Assembly (NCBI GenBank): GCA_965655095.1
Contig: OZ296659.1
Span: 60,326,001 to 60,390,000, forward strand
Origin: Haplodiscus bocki
Taxonomy: Eukaryota
Direction: 5' to 3'
Length of the DNA stretch: 64,000 bases
Position numbers and translations under genes: made by a program. This document shows, piece after piece, positions 24,940-36,880 of this stretch (position 1 is its first letter; every line of letters starts with the position of its first letter). Below the pieces are notes generated by a model. It had not been told where the DNA came from. It did no database searches and was given only the letters and a program-made list of their open reading frames with translations.

Positions 24940-25094
24940 TAACCCCCAGCAGTACAATCTTTGTTATTATTTTGGAAATACTTTTGTGATCAATTTAACA
25001 TTTTGATTCAATTTTTTTTCACGAAGCTTTTGTTGATGCCTAATCGACGAGCATTGATCAATTTCATTTGTTATTTGGATTTTCAGATAAAATT

Positions 25095-25628
25095 ATGCCC
25101 CGTGCCAATCAAAATCATGAGACCGGCCCGAACAGTATAAATTACTTTCGAGGATTTCCATATCGTCAATATGGAAGTGGCTTCGGAGCAGCCATCAAAG
25201 CTGGCTTGAAGGGGTTCGTAATACCAATGGTGAAGAGACATGGTATTCCTGTCGCGAAATCGTTCCTACAACAAGCTGCTCCAGAAATGATCAAAATTTT
25301 GGAATGTAGCACCAAGCCGAAAGCAGCAATGCGAAACGCTGTGAAAAAGACAATCCGAAAACAAGTTGGTGTGGGACGCGGCGGCAGATTCGCGAGACGT
25401 GTCCCGTTACGTCGATCAAACACAAAAAAGTCCTCCTCTCAGAAAAGGCGAACAACGTCAAAGAAGACTAGCGGAAAAAAAACAAGGCAAACGTCGAAAC
25501 CAAGTGAAAAAAAAGTCATTAAAAAAGTTCAGTTCCGTAAATCAGTTGGCAAATCACGCAAACAGGGAACAACAAAGAAAAAAAGAAGTCGGCAAGATTT
25601 ATTCAGCTCTATAGTCGATTGCGCTTAA
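25095..25628 (+). CDS. Basic core / pVII-pX-like virion protein
   Basis: YFRGFPYRQYGSGFG N-terminal motif, an amphipathic helix, QVGVGRGG, and a very K/R-rich C-terminus. Lies between the penton and hexon genes. Confidence 0.75.
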   Translation: MPRANQNHETGPNSINYFRGFPYRQYGSGFGAAIKAGLKGFVIPMVKRHGIPVAKSFLQQAAPEMIKILECSTKPKAAMRNAVKKTIRKQVGVGRGGRFARRVPLRRSNTKKSSSQKRRTTSKKTSGKKTRQTSKPSEKKVIKKVQFRKSVGKSRKQGTTKKKRSRQDLFSSIVDCA

Positions 25629-25711
25629 TCCCTATTTGAGAAAATTCCAGAGTTGAAATATACTTTTTATTTTGCTACGTTACCTTACATTTTTTAAACA
25701 ACTCTAGAGTA

Positions 25712-27035
25712 ATGCCTGATTCATTTGTTTATTCTGAGCCACCAGTGCCTGGCATGCATTCTAGGTTATCACTGTTTGGGGCATCAGAGATTCTCGTGGA
25801 ATTTCAACGAGGATATCATGAAGAAGTTTTTACACCAACAAGCGGTGAAGGGCCGGTATTAGAATTTGACTTCCAGGGCGCAAAAACTGACATTGGCGGT
25901 ACAGTGATAGACCTGGTCGACCTCTTTGTGAAGTTAGACGTAAAACCTAAATATGTTGGCAAGGTGAAAGCAGAAAATGTGGCTGATCTGAAGCCTACAT
26001 TTGTCAACAATTTGATGCACAGTTTATTTCAAAATGTAGAAATTTCACTCAATGGAACACCAATTTCTTCTGCAAACAACCTCTATCCATTCAAAGCTCT
26101 AGTTCAAGCAGAGTTGTTGCACAATGCTTCCTGTAAAAAGGGTTGGCTTGGCTGTCAAAGATACGAGTTCGAGACAGATCCTGGAGATATTGCGGATGGT
26201 AAAGCTTTCACAAATCGTCAAAAATTGGGAATTAACTTGACAACAAAGTTTTCCTATTACAGCCGACTTGCTGACAGTTTCCTGGCGGACAATCACAATT
26301 TCCTGTTACCGGGAGTCGAAGTGCGTGTTCGTCTTTATCGCTCTCCTGACCAATTCGTCCGCATATACCCGAATTCCGCAAAAGAATCTCAAGGTGACTT
26401 TTCTCTCAGATTCTCAATGCTTCACTGTTGGTCCACAAATTAGCGCTTAAGAATGAAACTTATCTCACAATTGAGCGCATGCTGTCGAAAAAAGCAGCCC
26501 ATTATGACTTTCGGGAAATAGTGCCAATGTCGTTTTTGATATCCAGGGGTGTAACTATGTATTATCGGGATGATATTTTCAACAGAGCTCCGATTAACCA
26601 CCTAGTCATGTTTATGGTACCCGAAACGAGCTTTTGTGGAAACTTCGAAACAAACCCTTTCCACTTCCGGCTGATGAATTTGGAAACAGTTCGTCTCAAT
26701 CGCGAGGGATCACTCGTCGGCGCGACGCCTCTACATCTAAACGACAACCTGGTCCGCTCCTACTACCAGTCGCTCAAAGCCTTGGGATTCAAGGAGATAC
26801 ACTCGGTAATTTTTAAAACCACTTCTGTTTAGTTTTCAAACTTACAGCCAACTACCACATTGAAGACAACACAATTCGCCCGGAACTAACTGGTGCCCGG
26901 TTGGGTCTTGAACTGAAGTTTTCAAAAGCCACTACAGACCCAGTACGTCTTATTCTGCTCGGTGAGAGAAGATCTGTTGTGCTTATCGACCGCAATCGAG
27001 AAGTTATTAAAAATTCAAGTATCTACAATGGTTGA
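25712..27035 (+). pseudogene. Major capsid (double jelly-roll, hexon-like) protein, frameshifted
   Basis: LSLF...LEF...IDLVDLFVKL...VNNLMHSLFQNVEISLNG...NNLYPFKA...NPFHF...VVLIDRNREV. Stop at 27033-27035. Confidence 0.93.
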
Positions 27036-27510
27036 TAACACCCAGCTCACTTACTTGATCAACCGAGACCCTATTCTGAAGTTCAAATATCGCGGCTGTT
27101 TTGCACGAGACACTTTCCCCATTTTAAAACATAACCAGTTTGTCATTGTTAACACTGACCCGTCTTCCCAGGCTGTTGAGCACTGGCTGCTCATAGCCTC
27201 GAAAAACGACACATTGTTGCTATACGACAGTTTTGGAAGGTACTTTTCACAGTTTTCTGGGGATATTTACAAGAAAGTTCAAGCATGGAGCAAGCTCTCA
27301 CACCAAAAAGTTTTTCAGTACATGCCAATGTCGACGCTCTTGCAACCTTTTGATAGTCAGTTCTGTGGCATATTTTGTCTTTTTATAGCATATTTGTATT
27401 ACAAGACAAAGAAATCGTTGACTGATAAAAAAACAACTCAAATATCTAGCTTTCCTGCATATGCCATAGAGGAAGACATCTTGCGCTTCGCCGCAGCCAT
27501 GTTAACATGA
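27028..27510 (+). CDS. Adenain-like (C5) cysteine maturation protease
   Basis: FVIVNTDPSSQAVEHW (His), LYDSFG (Asp), LQPFDSQFCGIFC (Gln/Cys). The ATG overlaps the MCP stop region. Confidence 0.93.
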   Translation: MVDNTQLTYLINRDPILKFKYRGCFARDTFPILKHNQFVIVNTDPSSQAVEHWLLIASKNDTLLLYDSFGRYFSQFSGDIYKKVQAWSKLSHQKVFQYMPMSTLLQPFDSQFCGIFCLFIAYLYYKTKKSLTDKKTTQISSFPAYAIEEDILRFAAAMLT

Positions 27511-27559
27511 TATAAAGCTTCATTATGGGAAAAAAAAGCTTTAATTCTTTCGCATGTTC

Positions 27560-27611
27560 GTTTGTTTGTTTGTTTGTTTGTTTGTTTGTTTGTTTGTTTG
27601 TTTGTTTGTTT
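27560..27611. repeat. (TTTG)n microsatellite
   Basis: About 13 perfect units just 3' of the protease gene. Confidence 0.95.
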
Positions 27612-27779
27612 ATCGAAAATATTCAATAATTGAGGTTTTAAAAAAAACTTTGTTTTTTTAGTTGCCTGAAGAAGTTCACGCGCCATTGATTGCGCTCAGG
27701 AATTTTTTCTCTGGTTTAGTGGTAACACCAAATCAGGCTGAGCAATTGAGCAGGATATTTAGTTCAATGTCTGCCATCC

Positions 27780-28396
27780 TTGCATCGTCCTCCGGAACTG
27801 GTTTTGGCCATTCCCCCGCCGGTAGAGGATGCAGTAAGAGTCTCACCGGTGGCAAGCATGTTCGACATTTCAAACATTGAGATGACGTCGCCCCCAGTAA
27901 GCACTGTGGAAAATCCAACTTCCTCTGCAACTCCCCGTCGCTCGAAAAGACAACTTTCGCTGCACGAAGTCAAAGAAAGGCTGATGACAGGATTAAATGA
28001 GCCCCTCCCTCCTCACACTTCAGAGCGTCAGAGTGACGAGGAGCTGTTCAATAGAACCGTAGAGATGGCAGAAGTGTGCCAAAACTTATTGAAGATCGAG
28101 AAATTGCAGAATCGGGGCCTGATTGAGCAAAACTTTTATATAGGCATCATTGTAGAGGTGATTCAACATAAACTGAACAAAAAAACAGCTCCGAAGTATC
28201 GGAAGAACTAGAAAACTATTCGGTGTTCTTGGGCAGGACGAAGGTGGCGGAGGCTAAAAGAGTTTACCCGCTTTGTCGCGAGTTTCCCCAACTCCGGAGA
28301 GTTAGATCGGGTTTTTCTCCGATGGAGCTGTCACAGGGATTAAAACACATCAAAGATGTCTGTGGAGCTGATCGAGCCTTTTGGAACGAAGCCTAG
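27780..28396 (+). pseudogene. Polinton hypothetical protein (frameshift in A-run near 28185)
   Basis: 143-aa ORF continued in a shifted frame as KNSSEVSEEL...AKRVYPLCREFPQLRRV...IKDVCGADRAFWNEA*. Confidence 0.45.
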
Positions 28397-31333
28397 ATTT
28401 TTTGAATACTTTTTGTATATTTAGTATTTGCCTATATAAGCTGTTTTTAAGATGGTGAGAATTCTTGATTGTGATTTTTAGGTGGTTTATTTGCGGTATC
28501 TTTCTTCTAACCTGTTTTGCGAATATGTTTGGAACAGTTTAGCTGGCTTTCCCACGATCAATAACCTGACTTCCTGTCTGAACTAGCTCTTTTTTGTCTT
28601 CGTCGGACAAATGGACCCAGTTTTGAGCAAACTGATGTACGGAAGGCGATAGAAGCGCATTTAAAAATGTTTTTTGAAAAACATTGAAAATCGGGATTTT
28701 GTATTCTTTTCTGCTAATTACAAAGCTGTATACCATGATAATAGAACATTTCATCAATATTGGACAAAAAAAAACACGAAAACGTGTATTTGATCATTTC
28801 AAGCTTTTGTAAACTGGTGACAGTTTTCCTACTTCAAAATTCAATTGCTCACGCAAAATAGCCGAGTGCTACTGCACCTTCTCATCAAATCATTCTCTAC
28901 ATTTTTATCATTGTCATTTTATAGCAAACTAAATCGAATTGGTAGGATAGAAGTTAAATCATAAAATGATATGTATCTTTTACCATTTTAGTTAATTACC
29001 TTAAAATTGATCTACAGTTTTGAAATCAGGTGTGATTCGAGATGACTTTCCATGAAATTGGCGCACAACAAAATTTCGTTTTATCAAAATGTTTAATTAC
29101 GCATAACCGACAGCATCTAATTTTATGAAAAGTACTGTAGACTTTGATAAACTTAGAATGTCGAGTGACCCTGGCACAATAATTACCAGCCCATGTCTTC
29201 TTACAAAAATTCGTCTCACCATTTCTAATATTTGCTGGAAAAACAAGGTGGTATGTGGGACAAATAGAAAAATGCGCCAGAAATTGTAAGACGACCGTTA
29301 AAAGAGGATGGTAATAATTTCCTCTTTTCACGGGAATTGAATCTGCAGCCCGATTTTTCATGAACATATATTAAAGAGCAGGCGCTTCTTTCCTGAATTT
29401 ATTAGTTCTGCTTGTGCGCGCAGAATTATTTATTACAGATCTGAACAAGACACCTGAACTCGTCTGAATTTCTTGTCAAAATGTGTGCCATAAAGACTGG
29501 AATGCTAAGACGAACTGCATGCAGTTGGCAATTGTAAGTGTGACAGACAGGTATTAACATCTGCAAATACTGTGGAATACTATAAGGGCGACATAAATCG
29601 TAATAATAAAGCTGGAAATTGACTCAAAAATTTTTCACAGCTATTTAAAAATGGAGGTCTTCTGGCAGACTTCCAATGGACAGAAACCGGTCAGAGCGTC
29701 TATTGGACAAAAATTAGGAAATGTGAAACTAATTATACGTAACTCAATGCAATAATTACACGTAATATCACATGAACAATTTTTCTTGTTTATTTTTACT
29801 CCGTTGTTCAGAAAATGCCGTTTGAAACAGGATATGCATTTAATTTAATGCAGTTTATTAAACAGCATTGTAAAGCAAAATTTAAAACTCCCCCACTGAG
29901 ACCTCCTTGTGACATTAAAAGGTATTTTAACTCTGGGATACGTCCCGGGATTAGAAAAAAGCCGAATTGATTTTTTCAATCACCTAAAGGTGTCTGAATG
30001 TCTTTTGGACTCTGTAAAATCTTGACTTCCCAAATTTAATGTTAATACGATCTAAAATTCAAAATATTTAAATAAGTGATAATGATATTTTCTTACCGAA
30101 AAGGATATTGTGTATTGGAAACCGGCTCATGCATAGTTTTTATTCTGCCCAAGACCTGCATTTTTTGACGTCAATAGAGCATCTAGTCATTTAAAGTAAA
30201 TATTCAAAAAGGGCCTTTTTGAAACTTCTTTGCAGGTAATTGTCTAGTTTCGCGTCCTGAGACGTGCAAAATGTTTGATCAATGGATTGGAAAATGGAGG
30301 ATAATTTTAAAAAAGTAAGTTTTCCCATACCAATAATTTGAATTAAAAACAGTGTCACAGATTAATACGTATCCCCAAAGCAATGTTACGTGTAAAAATT
30401 TCGAGCTTCCAGAATGTTTTTTTTTGTAACCGAGAAATCAGAGATGAAAAAGTGTTTCGAAGTTGCTTTGACATCTTCATGACTAAAATTGGCCATTCAG
30501 AGAGCTTGAATATAATAACAAACGAAAATGGAACGTTTTTAGGACACCTACTATTGTTCAATTTCTTGACATTGTTTACTGTGTAAGTCTTGATAAACTG
30601 GGTTGCTAACTGGCGAAGCTGATAAAACTCGATTGACATGTCAACTTTTCAACTATCAGAGATTTTGGCAGGTTCTTGCCCCGTTTCGAGTTTTGTGAGC
30701 AATTTTTTTATAGACATCTGGTGTAGTGCTTTGATAAGTGTAAATTAAGCATGAAATGGAGGATCAATAGTCTCTCAGGACCTTTTATCTGTCAACTTTA
30801 TTTTCGGTTTCAACCGACAAGTCAGAATGAATAGAGAAGTTATGCTTCAACTGTGTGTTTTTATGTTGAATATTTAGATCCATCCACGTAAAATCTATTT
30901 CATAACGTCAATTACTTATGTTTCAAACAGGTGACCAAATAATGTAGTACTCACTCATTGCCTGAAACCTCCAAACATTGCTGTTTTTTTCAATACAGTT
31001 GGGATCCTTATGGCGTCAGTCATTCTGGATTTCGCGAGGAAAAGCACGCCTAACCTGGGAACCCAGTTGATTTCTCCTCACATCCATCATCTTTATAACG
31101 CCAATGGGACGCGAAATGTGAAGTTTTTTGAACTGTGCTGTCAAACCAACTAAAGATGTATGAATAGGTGGTACTAACTTATGATATCTTGTTGCATGGC
31201 TTAATGATAGGTAATACTGAAAAATGTTAACTTGAGGAAGAACACAGCGTTTTCAAAAACTGGGATAATACTAGTGAGTTGCGCTGTTTTTTGGCTTCTA
31301 AAATATTTTTTTCTTCACGCTGTTCCACTAAAA

Positions 31334-32060
31334 ATGCAAACTCGGGCTGCTATATTGAAGAACAGACTTGAGGACTCCATAACAATGGAGACTAACTTTA
31401 ATCTAAGTCGATGAGATTTGACACTCATCCATAGCCTGTCAGAGGAACAAGTAGAAAAATCTCTCAAGGAAAAAGACAGACAGAATAAAGATGACATCTA
31501 TAAGTCCGAAAACAATTTCCTAAGGATTTTACGTTCCTGGTAAGAAAAGTCACAAAGCTCTATCATAACATCAGACGCCGGCTTAACGGCTGATGTCGAA
31601 AATGAAACTCTGGTCTTATCCACGACCCGGAGACTAATTTTGGACCAATAGAACACACTCCCTATAACACTACTCTGTAACAACTCGCATATGAGCCGCC
31701 TCGTGGTTGTAGGAAATTCTGAAGAGAACACCAACAGTAAACCCCAAGCGAGATCAATCAGTCAACTGACAAAAAAAGCCTCGTACTAAGCTGACACAGA
31801 CATGTTATATTTGATCGGAATGGTTGAAAGAGTAGAATAACAGCAAAATGGAATGCCAATAAAAACAGCAAAAAGTCTGACATCGAACACACCTTTTTTG
31901 ATCGGAAGACAAAAAAGTTTGAACAATTTGAAAATCTGTTCCAAACCAGCTTGTAAATGTAACCCCATGCAACGGCGGAAAAAAAGTGAACTACCTTCAC
32001 ATACCAATGAAAGGAAGCAATTTTTTACACCCAAGAAAAATCTAGAAATCTCGATCTAAA
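31334..32060 (+). pseudogene. Highly degraded gag remnant related to the Gypsy element at 50392
   Basis: AKSLTSNTP/FDRKTKKFEQFENLFQTSL (~31870-31955) aligns with PKSLTTTMPTSNRESEKFELFEDRFQTSL in the 50392 gag. Confidence 0.6.
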
Positions 32061-33574
32061 TAAAATACACGAAGTGAAAGAACAAAGCACTCAGGTAATC
32101 AGCAAGGATTTCAAATTTTTACGTGCCCACCATCTGTTGAAAAAAAACAATTCCACGCTTCACCGTTTCAAAACTATGGGCATTCGAAAATTCAACAGAG
32201 AAGAAACTTTTTTTTCAAGAGCCTTAAAATGATTGTCCTGCGAGTATAGCGTTAGAGTTTTGGAAAGTTCCACGAAAGACAATATGTCGCCTTTATGATG
32301 GATAGAAGATATTTCTAAAGTTACTTAAAAGAAATGCCAAACTATTTGCAATGAAGATTCTCCGGAAAGAACGATTTACCAAAAAAACTGATTTCAAGAA
32401 ACTTTTCAATTTATCCTTATTGTTTTCGCAGGTGGCAAGACAAAATACCCCAACCTGAAACACCCCAAACGAAAAAAAAGCGGAATACCCGTAAAAATTT
32501 GAAAAATTAACAACGACGCTAAAAGTTTCTAAATGCTCCTTATTACTTATTTGTATTGATACTTCGAAATAATGATGTTGCCAGATCGAAGTACCATATC
32601 AAATCAATTTGGCAGAAAAATACTCTCACAAAAAATTGGGGCGTGCAAAAGCCATGGGAACACTTTCACATGTGTGCGTCTGCGTGTGGCGTATCACGCT
32701 TTTGTTTCACACTCACGAAAACTTCCGACAAACTTTGTTCATTTTTTCAAAAATTTAACGAACAAAGTTATGAACCCACAAAGTTATGACCCCACAAAGT
32801 TATGAACAAGTAGTTTCCAACTAGACTTTAAAGCTGCTGATAAATTTTTTCCAGTAGAATTTGCTTCGACGAACGGGATTCACATATGCAGATTAGTGGG
32901 AGGTATCGTAACACGCGAATCGTGTCACTAGATGCTCGGAATCATTACCTTGAGCTCTCTGTAGCTCACGAAATGAGTCGTAGTTCTTTTAAAATCAGGA
33001 TTGGTTTTTAGATGTGTGAATAATCCGACCAAGCATTTGCTGTGAGACAATAACTGAGCGTGACAGATATTCCCCACTGAGCCCAAGGAGGGGGCATACG
33101 CAGCAGTGTAGAGCTTTGGTCGGGAACACCTGGACGTTCTTTGGTTGGTCAAACCGTTAGAGTGACTTTACCGTTCGCACTGGTTAGCGGTGCGGGTATT
33201 ATGAATTATTGGAGGGTTCATTGGAAGTTTAAGTCTGATTCACATTGATAAAATTCGGAAAAGGATGCTTTTTAAATAGTTTGCGAGTCCTTCCTCTGTA
33301 GGCTGACTTGGTTGTATCCAGCCAACTATCGACTTCGTTGCTGACCTCAATTAGTGTTTCTGCCTCCGTTGATAAAAGTTTCATGTTTGAAGGCGACGAA
33401 CGATACAGCTGTTAGAGGAGCAAGATTGTGCTCAGAATTGATATCCGGAAATCTCAGAAATAAATCAAGTTAAACGGCAGGTAAAAGTTGTGTTTTTGTA
33501 ATGGGCACAAAGTTGCCAGCCATACCTAAGGTCCGTCATTTATATGAGTTGCCTTCCAGAGCGGATGTGCTATG

Positions 33575-34302
33575 CTAATGCTCTCTGCTCAATGACGATT
33601 GATCCGACTTTTCAATTGTCGCCCATGGCTCTGCTGTGTGAAGGCTCGCTGGAAAGTTCAGAGGCAGGAAACTCCGAAATGAACTCTTCTTAAAGACTGT
33701 GTGGCGCCGTTTCACAGACATTCGGATAAATATGGTGGGGTAGTTGTGATGAGTGTATGTTTGCCGGTCAATGTTCTTTTGGTTGACCAACAAATCACCT
33801 TTCTCTACGGTAACATCACCACGAGTCTCATCAATCTTTTTTAAGTGTGTATGCGAGTTTATTCTGCTTGAAGCGGTCAATTGTAGGCCTTCGATGTTAA
33901 CCGAGGAATCCCTCTGATCAAGTTCTAATACATTACCGTCAACGCTCCGTCCTGAAGGCGCAATGGCTGGCTTCACGGCGAATTTCACTCTAGGAATCAC
34001 AAAAATTTCTATTGCCGTCAATACTGCGTCTTGTATTTTAGTTTCGACTGATGTCATCACATTATCCATTTCACTTCGTACTTTACTAAAATATTTTCCT
34101 CAAGTGTGCGCACATCTACTTATGGTTAATTAAATTGAATTGGGTTGGTCATATTGTCCGAAGAAATAACTCTGCATATCATGTTATTTCTTCTTTCGAT
34201 TTGCTCATCTTGACTGCTTTGCCCAATCATAAAATCAGTGTCTCTTTTACCCAACTGGCTAAAAAGCTTTTTGTTCTGCTTTTTTATTCTGGTAGAAACC
34301 AT
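33575..34302 (-). pseudogene. Probable retroelement ORF1/gag N-terminal remnant
   Basis: MVSTRIKKQNKKLFSQL (retro-gag-like M.TR start) and a coiled-coil fragment MDNVMTSVETKIQDAVLTAIE..VIPRV. Broken frames. Confidence 0.4.
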
Positions 34303-36792
34303 TTTAACGTCAACAAATGAATTAACCAATGATATTGGATAAATTAACACAAATCAACAGGAAATGAATATCAATCAGAAAATTTAGAGAAAAATCAATT
34401 GAGAGTGTTTCCAGAATCAATTTGTTCTCGTTGTCACTAAATTCGTTGTGTCATTCCTTTCGGTCAATTGTCGGTCGCAACCTTTCGGATGACTTCTCAT
34501 TCAACTTCTATTCAAAACACGTTGTTTCATGACGTCACAAGTATAACTGCAACTAAAACTGAGGATTGAAAAGCATCAAGTGAAAAATACCGCTTTTACA
34601 TGACATCAGGCTATAAATAGCATCAAAGCAAAAATACCCAAAATGGCATACATATGGTTTTCCTGTGATGTAACTTTTCAATGGAAAATGCATGTGTTCA
34701 ATTATAAATGCTTCAATGAGGTCATATTAAGTAACTCTGGGGTTAAAGGGTGTGTTCAGACGCTTTGGTAGTGTTTTGGGGCTGTTTCAGATCTGGGTTC
34801 AAAATTATAAGTCATGACCGGTGTTGGTCTACATAGCTACATCAAAGACCGGTCAATAAAATTTATTTTGACGGACATTTACAACTTAGCTCCAAAGTGA
34901 TTAAAAATTGATCTGAATATAATTTATGGACATCAATGAGTTCTGTTCATGTAGAATGACATTGCTTAACAGTTTCGTTTCATCAAGTGAAGTATTAAAT
35001 GACATATACGGACAATACAAATTACTCATGGCAAGTTGAATATATCTAATGATTAATTGATCCTGATTTATTCCGTGTAGGTTTGGTTATAATGGAATGT
35101 TCCTTTTAAACCCAAAGCCCTTTTCTTGTACCAAAGGAATTATGTACGGCGCTTTAAAGTGTTCTAGACGGCTGTCTCACTGCGTAGGACTTTATTTCAT
35201 TGGTAGGTCGTAAGCCGGTCAAAAGACTGGCCGTTGACTTACTTTGTTTCTATAGCTTCCTTTAGCGCCTGTCAATAAGCAGTCAACGCTTGCTATTTTG
35301 GCCGCGAATGGAATTTGCGTATTAAGCACCGCCATAATTCAGTGAATATAGAATTATGCTATTAGCCAATCAGAAAATAGTAGCGCTAAAATCGATTGTT
35401 TGGGTCCTGTTACAGTTCTTAGATTTGTACTTGCCTGTAATTTGACATTTGCGTCTATCGTATGGATTTGCTTTACATGTATATTAATATAAGATAGTAT
35501 TCACATGAAACGAAGTATTTATAATATTATTCAGGAGTTTTTAGTGGTTACTTCCGTCTTGATATAGGGGCAAATACGTTCCGTGGTTTCCCTTGTGGAC
35601 ATTTCCACACGTAATGTTATGCACTTGCCCGTCGCAAGCGGCAGCTTGCGACAGTAGTGCTCATTCCAGGCAGTAGATATTGTTACGGCTTCGAGGAACA
35701 AAACCCCCACCAACCAATGAATTGTCGGGTTCACCAACCAACGATTACCAACTGGGTCGAACGAGGGTTCGGACAAAGAGTAAGAAAAAGCGGAGACGCC
35801 AGGTGCTGCGCAAAGCTCCGAGCGTGTTCCTGTAACCAAGTTAGACTTGACTCACTGAACACTGACATTCAACTTCCGAAACATCTCTTTACAGTTTTGC
35901 GCTTGCATGGAAAGAATCATCTGCACAGGCGACGGTTTTGACTAGCGACAAAATTGAAGAACCTGAACATATCGAATGGGCAACAAACGTAAAAAAAACA
36001 ACAGCTGCTTATCACCGGCAAAATTGAGTTTAAAGGCAGACAAATCAACAAAAAATGCTCTAGGTTCAATAAATCTTCTTGATTGTCGCAATAAAAGAAG
36101 AGGACGAATGCAAAATGAAAGAACTCACATGGCCTTGCAGATATCCCCAAAATTTTCGAGCAAAATATCAATAAAGTAATAATCAATGAAACGGCAGCAT
36201 GGCCTGATGGCAGTAGCATGGTATTGAGCGGAACCACTTAAGTACACAAGCATCTGTCGAAAACCCACCAACCAATTTCCTACAAGAAGTATTTAAAGCA
36301 TTCAAAATCGAGTAAGATCTCTTCAAAATAGAAACTAAATGGTTGAGAAATGTCATCAAAGAAGGTGAAAATAAGCCGAACGTGGACCAAAATGAAACAT
36401 CTATGAAAACACTGAATCCGAAAAATACAAAATTCCTAACTATCTTTCCTGGGAGCGATGAAACATTCAGCAATATGCATTAACAGTCTCTCAAGCCAAA
36501 AAGACACGCTGCGTCAATTGTAAAAAAACTAACAAGGAGACTGAATTGCACAAAAACAACAATTCCATGAAATCAGGGAAAAGCAAGTAGAACGAGAAAC
36601 GGATCGAACACGTCGGAGAGACTAAGTAGAAGAAAAGAGATTGAAGAACAGGTCTTAACTCGTTGCGAAAGCGTGAATGGCGTTAGCAAAGCAACTGCCG
36701 GGCAAAAAATGAACTGTTTTTGCCAGCATGGGATAATTTTTCACCCAAATTTATATTGACAAGTTTTTTTGTTTCAATAAAGCTTTCATTTT

Positions 36793-36880
36793 ATTGAAAG
36801 CTGCATATCAATTTGAAAGCCGCATATCAGTCTGAAAGGCGCATAGCATCTTGAAAGGAGGCATTCAAAGTTTGAAAAAA
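36793..36880. repeat. ~19-20-bp minisatellite (ttgaaagcygcatatca) x4
   Basis: Four degenerate tandem copies with no spacers. Confidence 0.7.

Larger units (their letters stand above)
9030..28400 (+). mobile_element. Polinton/Maverick (adintovirus-like) endogenous element, decayed
   Basis: Co-oriented pPolB, A32-like ATPase, DDE integrase, minor capsid, core protein, major capsid and adenain protease. Many premature stops and frameshifts. TIRs not identified; boundaries approximate. Confidence 0.95.

Noticed and set aside
28400-29100. Right TIR of the Maverick
   Set aside because: No inverted copy of the satellite monomer or AGTAGT/ACTACT terminus was found by eye; the end is probably deleted or decayed.
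36793-36880. TTGAAAG repeats resembling CRISPR repeat ends
   Set aside because: Directly tandem ~20-bp units with no spacers: a minisatellite.
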